Positions 58,381 through 64,000 of a stretch of 64,000 nt of DNA are shown here, in pieces (within the stretch, counting starts at the first letter, position 1; the number at the start of each line of letters is the position of its first letter). The notes under the pieces were generated by a model. The model was given only the letters and a program-made list of their open reading frames with translations, was not told where the DNA came from and ran no database searches. The translations under genes and the position numbers were made by a program. Source of the stretch: Acidobacteriota bacterium (GTDB taxonomy: Bacteria > Acidobacteriota > Blastocatellia > RBC074); NCBI GenBank assembly GCA_040007715.1, contig JBDTUN010000921.1:4761-68760 (forward strand), read 5' to 3'.

Positions 58381-60699
58381 TCAGCGAGAGAAGAATTCAT
58401 CGCGGGAATGGTCATCACGCACTCGCTCCAATCTATCTGTATCGGTCGCCGTGCTCCGCTGCTGACCGAGCGCCTCCTCGTAAAGCCGCTCATAATGCTC
58501 CCGCCGTTCCGGGTCATGCTCGCGCGCCGCGTGAACTTCCAGCGTGGTTAATTCTCCTGGCGTGAACTGTGGCGTTGGAATGTCACTATTGGGATGTTCA
58601 CGCCGGAAGCCCTGTTCAGATTGCCGCGCCAGATTTGTCAGCACAGCTTGGCTCTGATTCGCCCGCTCATACTCGCTGGCCAGCCGCCGCCCGTGGGCAT
58701 CTACTGCAGCGACAACCTCGCGAAACTCCGCATGCCGGAACAGAAAGAAAAGCTTCTCCAACTCGCTCTTCGGCTCAACATCGGACAGGCGTTTGATCGT
58801 CAGATCACGTGTCCCGTCGTCCTTTACAACGACGTCGAGTCTGCCGCGTCTCTCGGCAAAACCTTCCAGGCGGGAGTGCGCAGAACGAACGTCAATTTCG
58901 GCGATAATCTCGCGCGCTCGCGCCCGTCCCACTCGCTCAGCCAAAGGCACATCGGTGTCGCGTTCGAGTTCTGCGACGAGTTCATGAAGAGCCGGATCGC
59001 GCTGCTCGCAGGCATGTGCATCCAGCAAACCCAGTTCGTACCGATTTGGAAGCGGAGCGGGCATTTCCTTCCCTTGAGCTTGATACTTTTCTCGCTCTGC
59101 TTGCTCAATGCTGGAGAGCGTCGCCGCCATCTCTGTCTTCTCTAGCACATCCGCTTTCAGACTCTCTTGCTTCTCCTCGATCTGATCGAGGATTGATTGC
59201 CGGTAGGCGGTTAATTCACCCGCGCGCCGCCTCGCCTGCTCACGTTTCTCCGAGTCCCAGTGGATGCGCGTGCGCCCGATGAATTGCGCCTGATCCGTCT
59301 CCCACGCGATGGCGCGTTCGACCTCAGCGAGTGAATACTTGCGTGAATGCTGATCGCTCACTGACCACCGCCATTGATGTTTCGATTCGTCAAATCTGGC
59401 CGCGCGTTCCTCGGCCAGCGCCAATTCGGATCGGGTCAGTAGCGACCGCGCGCCAAGCCTTCCGGCCTCCTGCGACGTGCGCGTCGGCGCGTTATTTTCG
59501 GCGGCCAGGATGCGCCTGACGGCCTCCAGTTCTCTGACCTTTTTCACCTCACCTGCGGCGATGGCGCGCTCTTGCATCCGGCTCAAATCAACGCGCGAGA
59601 TGATCGGCGTGGGCGGTTCCATTCCCGCAGCGCGATACTTGGCTTTGATCTCTGTGGCAGCGGGAATCAGGGTGCCGGCGAGCCTCTCGGCTTTGCGGAG
59701 GCGCACTTCTGTTTGGCTCAATGCTAATGAGCGTGCCTGCTCGATCTTTTCAATGATCCCGGCGTACCGTGTGGTCTCACGCTCGATGAGGATCTGTCGC
59801 GTCTGCCGCCGCTCCTCCGGGTTAAACTTCGCCCGCCCCTTGTCGTCCTGGCTCTGCCGGAGAACTTCATCGGCCTTCGCCTCGGCCCGTCGGCGGATGT
59901 CGGCAATGGAGAGCGTTCGTCGTCGGCCCTGCTCGTCGGTGATTTCATATCGCCGCAGTTCCCCATACCTGAGATGACCGTCGCGCCGTCCGGTAAGCTC
60001 CGCAACCTTGTCGGCGGTGACCATCGCCCGGCCCAGCATTAATCGCTCTCTGCGGTCTTCAACTCCGCCCCGTCGCAGCTCCGGCGCGACCTGTTTCTGC
60101 TCGCTTTCTCTCCTCACCGGCGACTCTTGTCGCGCCCGTTCAATCGCCCGGTCGAGTGATCTTTCAAAACCTTGACCGATCTTGCCCGGCTTGATCCGCT
60201 CCTGCCCGTTTTCCTCCTTCTCTCTGCCAGGTAAAAACTCTTTTGGCAGACGGTCGAGATGTTTCAGTCGGTCCGTCTCACGGTCAAGGTAGTCGCGGTG
60301 AATGATCAGGTGCAGGTGTGGATGGGACGTATTTCGGTGAATACCCGCGACCCAGATCAATTTCCGCGCACCGAGCGCCTCAGTCATCTCCGCCATCGCC
60401 TCGCGGGCGACTTCTTTGAGTTGCTGTTGGCGGCTACTTTCATCCTTGCCGAGCGCGTTGAAATCTCCCTCGTGAAAACTGATCGCCAGATGCATCAACT
60501 CGTCTTTGGCCGGAGTCCACGCGCCCGTCAGCGCCTGATCCGCCTTCCGATAGGACAGGCGATCCTCCCGTTCCGAGAAGAGCGCGCGCGGCTGCTTCCC
60601 TTCCCGCTCTTCGTGGCGATCGCGCTCGGCGACGTAGCGCGTGACACGGCTCGTCGCGCTCCCGCCGGGCTGCCCTTTGACTGCCACGATCACTCTCAT
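58381..60699 (-). CDS. Conjugative relaxase (MOB P/Q-type, VirD2/MobA-like)
   Basis: HRNTSHPHLHLIIH is the relaxase 3-His motif III. N-terminal relaxase domain, then long helical C-terminal region. 772 aa. Confidence 0.7.
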   Translation of the reverse strand: MRVIVAVKGQPGGSATSRVTRYVAERDRHEEREGKQPRALFSEREDRLSYRKADQALTGAWTPAKDELMHLAISFHEGDFNALGKDESSRQQQLKEVAREAMAEMTEALGARKLIWVAGIHRNTSHPHLHLIIHRDYLDRETDRLKHLDRLPKEFLPGREKEENGQERIKPGKIGQGFERSLDRAIERARQESPVRRESEQKQVAPELRRGGVEDRRERLMLGRAMVTADKVAELTGRRDGHLRYGELRRYEITDEQGRRRTLSIADIRRRAEAKADEVLRQSQDDKGRAKFNPEERRQTRQILIERETTRYAGIIEKIEQARSLALSQTEVRLRKAERLAGTLIPAATEIKAKYRAAGMEPPTPIISRVDLSRMQERAIAAGEVKKVRELEAVRRILAAENNAPTRTSQEAGRLGARSLLTRSELALAEERAARFDESKHQWRWSVSDQHSRKYSLAEVERAIAWETDQAQFIGRTRIHWDSEKREQARRRAGELTAYRQSILDQIEEKQESLKADVLEKTEMAATLSSIEQAEREKYQAQGKEMPAPLPNRYELGLLDAHACEQRDPALHELVAELERDTDVPLAERVGRARAREIIAEIDVRSAHSRLEGFAERRGRLDVVVKDDGTRDLTIKRLSDVEPKSELEKLFFLFRHAEFREVVAAVDAHGRRLASEYERANQSQAVLTNLARQSEQGFRREHPNSDIPTPQFTPGELTTLEVHAAREHDPERREHYERLYEEALGQQRSTATDTDRLERVRDDHSRDEFFSR

Positions 60700-60744
60700 T
60701 TCGACTCGTCTTGCCCTCCACGTCCGTCACAACTTTTCCCATCA

Positions 60745-61359
60745 TCACTCGGCCAGATGATGTTCACGAAGAATTTTGAAGACGGCTTGGTCGGTCTCTT
60801 CGTGGCTCTTCTCTTCCAGATTCGCGAGCAGACTTTTGACCTGTTCGGGAGTTTTTCGCTGCGCCGCCAGCTCGCCCTCCAGCAGCAGCCGGGTCTCCCG
60901 CTCCGTCATCATTGAGTAACCAAGCGCCTGCACGATCAGCGTGTAGAGCGCCTGCATAACCCGCCCCTCTTGTCCCTGTTGTTCCTGCCATCCGGCGAGC
61001 GAGTTCTGCATCTTTTGGATCACATCAAGCAGAACTGCATTCGACTGAAATTCGGAAACAATCCTTCGCACTTCACTCAGATTTTCGCGCAACGGATTGA
61101 GCGCATCGGTGAAGAATTGCCGTCCAGGATTTTGCACGTCGGATGCGCCTTCGCCATCGCTAACTGCGCGGAGGCGGCGAGTGCGCAACGCCTCGTGAAT
61201 GAGCGTGCGCGCCAATTCCGTCACCGTCTCTTTGCCGGGGGGATCGCAGAGCCTGGACATCTCCCGCAGGTCATCCAGGAACGGCCTGACGCCTATGCTC
61301 CTGGAAGAGATCAACCGGCGATTCTGCTTCGTCTTCGGCTTTATGGTTACTTTGCTCAT
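60745..61359 (-). CDS. Relaxosome accessory protein (MobC-like, tentative)
   Basis: Start ATG 61359 with GGAG 9 nt upstream. Small basic/helical protein immediately upstream of the relaxase in the same orientation. The ORF-track N-terminal extension (to 61536) covers the repeat region and was rejected. Confidence 0.35.
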   Translation of the reverse strand: MSKVTIKPKTKQNRRLISSRSIGVRPFLDDLREMSRLCDPPGKETVTELARTLIHEALRTRRLRAVSDGEGASDVQNPGRQFFTDALNPLRENLSEVRRIVSEFQSNAVLLDVIQKMQNSLAGWQEQQGQEGRVMQALYTLIVQALGYSMMTERETRLLLEGELAAQRKTPEQVKSLLANLEEKSHEETDQAVFKILREHHLAE

Positions 61360-61389
61360 TGAGGTTGCTCCCATAGCGGATCGCGCTCC

Positions 61390-61600
61390 GGCGGCTAGCG
61401 AGCAAGCGTTATGCCCGCACGTCTTGCCCATATTTTTCACGGGAGGGAATGATAATTGGTGAGTGAATGGCGGAGAGTTCGCCACCGTTCGGCAGTTGAC
61501 GCTAGCGAGTAAATGATTGTCCGCCGCCGAGTTCATCCGCTTCGCTCGCGCCGCTAGCAGGTTTCGCTAGCAGCCGCTAGCGAGCAACCCTGTCTAACAT
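61390..61600. promoter_or_regulatory. Candidate oriT / relaxosome binding region: repeated GCTAGCGAG(C/T)AA and GCTAGCAG motifs (61392-61407, 61500-61515 and three tandem copies in 61551-61600)
   Basis: Repeats read directly. Located immediately upstream of the mobC-like/relaxase operon, where oriT normally lies. Confidence 0.4.
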
Positions 61601-61802
61601 AAGCGTTTGACGACTCCGCAGGCGCTAAAATGGCGGCCCTATCCTGCCTGCTCAACTAATCGTCCTTCTTACCGTTTCTTTATTCTCTTAAACAGCCTGT
61701 CTTCGCTGAGGTCATCCAATTGCCTGAAGGTCGGCAGTTCTTTTGTCAGTGACCGGGCGACGAAACCTTTTTCCCGCTCGCACAACAGGGAATCCGAAGC
61801 GC

Positions 61803-61850
61803 GCACCGTAATTCAACGGTGTGGACAGTTTTCACCACCGTAATTCAACG
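61803..61850. promoter_or_regulatory. Two 16-bp direct repeats CACCGTAATTCAACGG (61803-61818, 61835-61850) with symmetric GCGCGC flanks, ~45 bp upstream of ORF 61894. Candidate operator.
   Basis: Read directly from the sequence. Confidence 0.4.
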
Positions 61851-61893
61851 GCGCGCTGAATAAATCATTTTTCCAATTTGAAGGAGAATTGTT

Positions 61894-62223
61894 ATGCCGA
61901 GAAAGAAAACTCTGACGGAAACTGAATCGCACAAACCGCTGATCAGCATTGAGCGGATTATCTACGAGAAGACCGCTTTCAAAGTGAGTAAGGGCGTGCT
62001 TGTGAACCTTGAACAGTACGTCTCTTACATCAAAGACGCGACAGGCGATGAACCCACGCCCGATGAGATCGTGGACAAGGGGATGCAGCGCCTGTTTGAC
62101 GCCGATCGGGGATTCAAGCAGTGGCTGCAAAAGAATATCGTGAACGGCGGGAATGAACGGCGCACTGAATCGTTGAATGGCAGCGCGAAAAGCGTGGGAG
62201 CAGTCGCCGCACCGCAGCCGTAG
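61894..62223 (+). CDS. Hypothetical protein
   Basis: 109-aa ORF. GAAGGAG SD is present 7 nt upstream of the ATG. Confidence 0.4.
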   Translation: MPRKKTLTETESHKPLISIERIIYEKTAFKVSKGVLVNLEQYVSYIKDATGDEPTPDEIVDKGMQRLFDADRGFKQWLQKNIVNGGNERRTESLNGSAKSVGAVAAPQP

Positions 62224-62358
62224 AAGCGGCCACGCTGGCCCCTTGCGCTGACAACGGCAGTCGGAATCATTCACCGACTGCCGCTCGCGCATTGCTACCG
62301 TGCCGACGGCGATTCCAGATGTACTCGTTGAGAGTTCATCCATTCGAGCGCTGCGCGA

Positions 62359-62655
62359 TTACAATTCGAGCGCTGCGCGAACGACATCCCCGTGACAGGC
62401 CACTTGGCGAGACCGTTCCTTGCACCAGCAGATCAAAGTCAGATCGCCCTTCCGGGCTTCACCGACCATGCGGCACAGTTCGCGGTACACCCCACCACGT
62501 TCTTTAATTTGTTGCCATAGCCACTCCCGGTACTTGGCAATCACTTGCTCGCGCGTGCCGTGCGCCCCAATTCTGAACGGATTCCCGATCAGTGACGGCC
62601 TGCCGATATAAACTCCCTCGCCGCGGTACGTCTTCTTATTCTCAATGCGGATCAT
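62359..62655 (-). CDS. DUF4326-like small protein
   Basis: YIGRPSLIGNPF... motif near the N-terminus recalls the DUF4326 family. 98 aa. Confidence 0.4.
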   Translation of the reverse strand: MIRIENKKTYRGEGVYIGRPSLIGNPFRIGAHGTREQVIAKYREWLWQQIKERGGVYRELCRMVGEARKGDLTLICWCKERSRQVACHGDVVRAALEL

Positions 62656-62880
62656 CTTTGTTCTCCTTCACACCTTAACCCACAGCTAAAACCTGTACGG
62701 CGAAGTTGAAGAAGAAAGGGCGCAGCAAAGCTGTATTGGGTTCGCAAGCGGGCACTCCACCAGGTTAGGGATCAGAGAAGAAATGAGGAGCGGCGGCAGG
62801 CTGCATTTGTGGTCGTCATCCGATCGCCCGAACAACTCACCACAATGCCCCACCGCCCTGATCAATAGTTGGGCATCGCA

Positions 62881-63294
62881 TCAAAACGGTATCTCTTCAA
62901 GTTCGTCCGCCGAAACCTTCTCGTGTCGCGTGTCGGCTTTCGGACGCGCCCCGCCACCTTCGTCGCGTTTGGCGCGCGACATAAACTCGAACGAGTCCGC
63001 GATCAGAAACGTCGTGGCTCGCTCAACGCCTTCGCGGTCGAGGTACGAATCGGTTTGCAGCCGACCGTTGAATGCGAGGCCGCTCCCTTTCTTTGCATAT
63101 TGTGCGAGCACTTCGGCATTGCGTCCGAAGACCGTAACGCGAAACCAATCTGCAATGCTGACTTTCTCGCCGCCGGCATCCTTCTTGAACCGGTTGCTGG
63201 CCAGCGAAACGTTGGCGACCGGTGTACCGCTGTTGGTAAACCGCAATTCAACATCCTGGCCTAAATGACCTGAAATTTGAGCGTAGGCAGGCAT
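62881..63294 (-). CDS. ssb: Single-stranded DNA-binding protein
   Basis: OB-fold motifs (WFRVTVFGRNAEVLAQYAKKGSGLAFNGRLQTDSY) and an acidic C-terminal tail ending EEIPF (the SSB D-I-P-F tip). Confidence 0.8.
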   Translation of the reverse strand: MPAYAQISGHLGQDVELRFTNSGTPVANVSLASNRFKKDAGGEKVSIADWFRVTVFGRNAEVLAQYAKKGSGLAFNGRLQTDSYLDREGVERATTFLIADSFEFMSRAKRDEGGGARPKADTRHEKVSADELEEIPF

Positions 63295-63412
63295 CGTGTA
63301 TCTCCTTATATTGTTTGTGCTGTTGTTCGGTAAGTGTGGGGATCAAGCTTTTGATCCCCCTGAGCGTGTCTTACTAACCGCAAGCAATTTTCTTCCTGAC
63401 CTCTCTGGCGAG

Positions 63413-63994
63413 TCAGTGAATCGAGTTGGCGACTTGAGAGTGAGAGATCGGGGGGCGCAAGTTGGAATGCTGATGTTGCGTGAACTGGTTCCGGTCTCGC
63501 GCGGCATCACCCGTCGCAGCGGTTCCTTTTCGGGATTTGAGCGCCTCCCAAACGCGAGTTTGCTCCTGATTTGAGAGCGTATGAACTGCGTGATTCGGCT
63601 GGTTATTTCCGTAAAGCGCCCACGACAAAAACCGCAGCTTCGCGTTCGACGCGGAAGTGATTTCCTGAATCATGCGGTGCGCGGTTTGGGAAAGCCGTGC
63701 TGTTTGCAGCCGCACGCGCTGCAAGTCAGCCGCTGTCTTCAACGCTGTGAAGTGTTTGAGCGGCAGCGCGCCCGACTGCCTCGCCTCGTAAGCCTGCTTC
63801 ATCAGTTCTCCGACGATCTTCGTATCATCGGTGCCGCGAACGGCTTTATGAAACCGTCGGTACGTGTCATTCGTGCGCAAAGCCGTCAGATGGAAATCCT
63901 GCGCACAATCGGCCAGCAATGCTTCCAGCACCTGGACGGTCAACTGTTGCAACTCGCGGTTGGCGTGCGAATAAAAACGCCCGCCGTTTTCCAT
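63413..63994 (-). CDS. Hypothetical protein
   Basis: 193-aa ORF with coding-like composition and no motif recognised. Confidence 0.3.
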   Translation of the reverse strand: MENGGRFYSHANRELQQLTVQVLEALLADCAQDFHLTALRTNDTYRRFHKAVRGTDDTKIVGELMKQAYEARQSGALPLKHFTALKTAADLQRVRLQTARLSQTAHRMIQEITSASNAKLRFLSWALYGNNQPNHAVHTLSNQEQTRVWEALKSRKGTAATGDAARDRNQFTQHQHSNLRPPISHSQVANSIH

Positions 63995-64000
63995 CCGGTA

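Noticed and set aside
60745-61536. Full 263-aa ORF-track model for the mobC-like gene
   Set aside because: The N-terminal 59 codons cover the GCTAGCGAG repeat region and read as low-complexity. An internal ATG at 61359 has a GGAG SD, so the shorter model is preferred.
61390-61600. CRISPR array
   Set aside because: The repeats are short (9-12 bp), irregularly spaced and partly tandem without unique spacers of regular length. No cas genes lie nearby apart from the Cas4-like nuclease, which is a common stand-alone fold.

Overview
This is a high-GC (~60-63%) bacterial window that reads as a backbone segment of a conjugative plasmid or ICE carrying a large defence-island cargo. The backbone is:
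- a parB (partial) / parA partition pair;
- three ~21-bp iteron-like direct repeats upstream of two candidate replication / winged-HTH proteins;
- a Zn-finger/TOPRIM primase-like gene;
- a nearly complete VirB/Trb-type T4SS (VirB6/TrbL, TrbJ/VirB5, VirB4, VirB3, VirB2 pilin, VirB1 lytic transglycosylase, VirB8, VirB9, VirB10), followed by a MoxR-type AAA+ ATPase plus a membrane protein where VirB11 would normally sit;
- a VirD4/TraG coupling protein;
- at the far end, a MOB relaxase (HxH..H triad) and a MobC-like gene preceded by GCTAGCGAG repeats (candidate oriT), then SSB and a DUF4326-like gene.

Between the coupling protein and the relaxase (~22-55 kb) lies a dense anti-phage cargo:
- a split Cas4-like PD-(D/E)xK nuclease containing a TM hairpin;
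- an AbiEi/AbiEii pair translationally coupled to a DEDDh exonuclease;
- a 2629-aa STAND protein with two tandem NACHT modules, HEAT repeats and a C-terminal PNP/MTAN-type nucleosidase domain;
- a PD-(D/E)xK (possibly Shedu-like) nuclease;
- a two-HKD PLD-family protein with an overlapping 549-aa partner;
- a low-GC patch with a frameshifted gene and a small REase-like protein;
- a Pycsar-like pair (tandem class III cyclase plus cNMP-binding/TIR-like effector) with an extra E2-like/SEC-C protein between them;
- directly adjacent, a Bil-like ubiquitin-like conjugation operon (Ubl-GG, E2, JAB/JAMM, E1);
- an ImmA-peptidase / UvrD-helicase / Cas4-like nuclease fusion;
- a DUF4160/DUF2442 pair and a sigma-70-like protein;
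- an intact single-ORF IS66-family element with 16-bp terminal IRs and a perfect 8-bp TSD (TTTCATAT), inserted two codons before the stop of a 1021-aa gene.

The best candidates for something undescribed are the cyclase/effector genes sitting next to a complete Ubl-conjugation module, the giant tandem-NACHT-PNP protein, the PLD two-gene module and the MoxR substitution in the T4SS. All calls are from motifs I could read by eye in the translations; no database searches were run.
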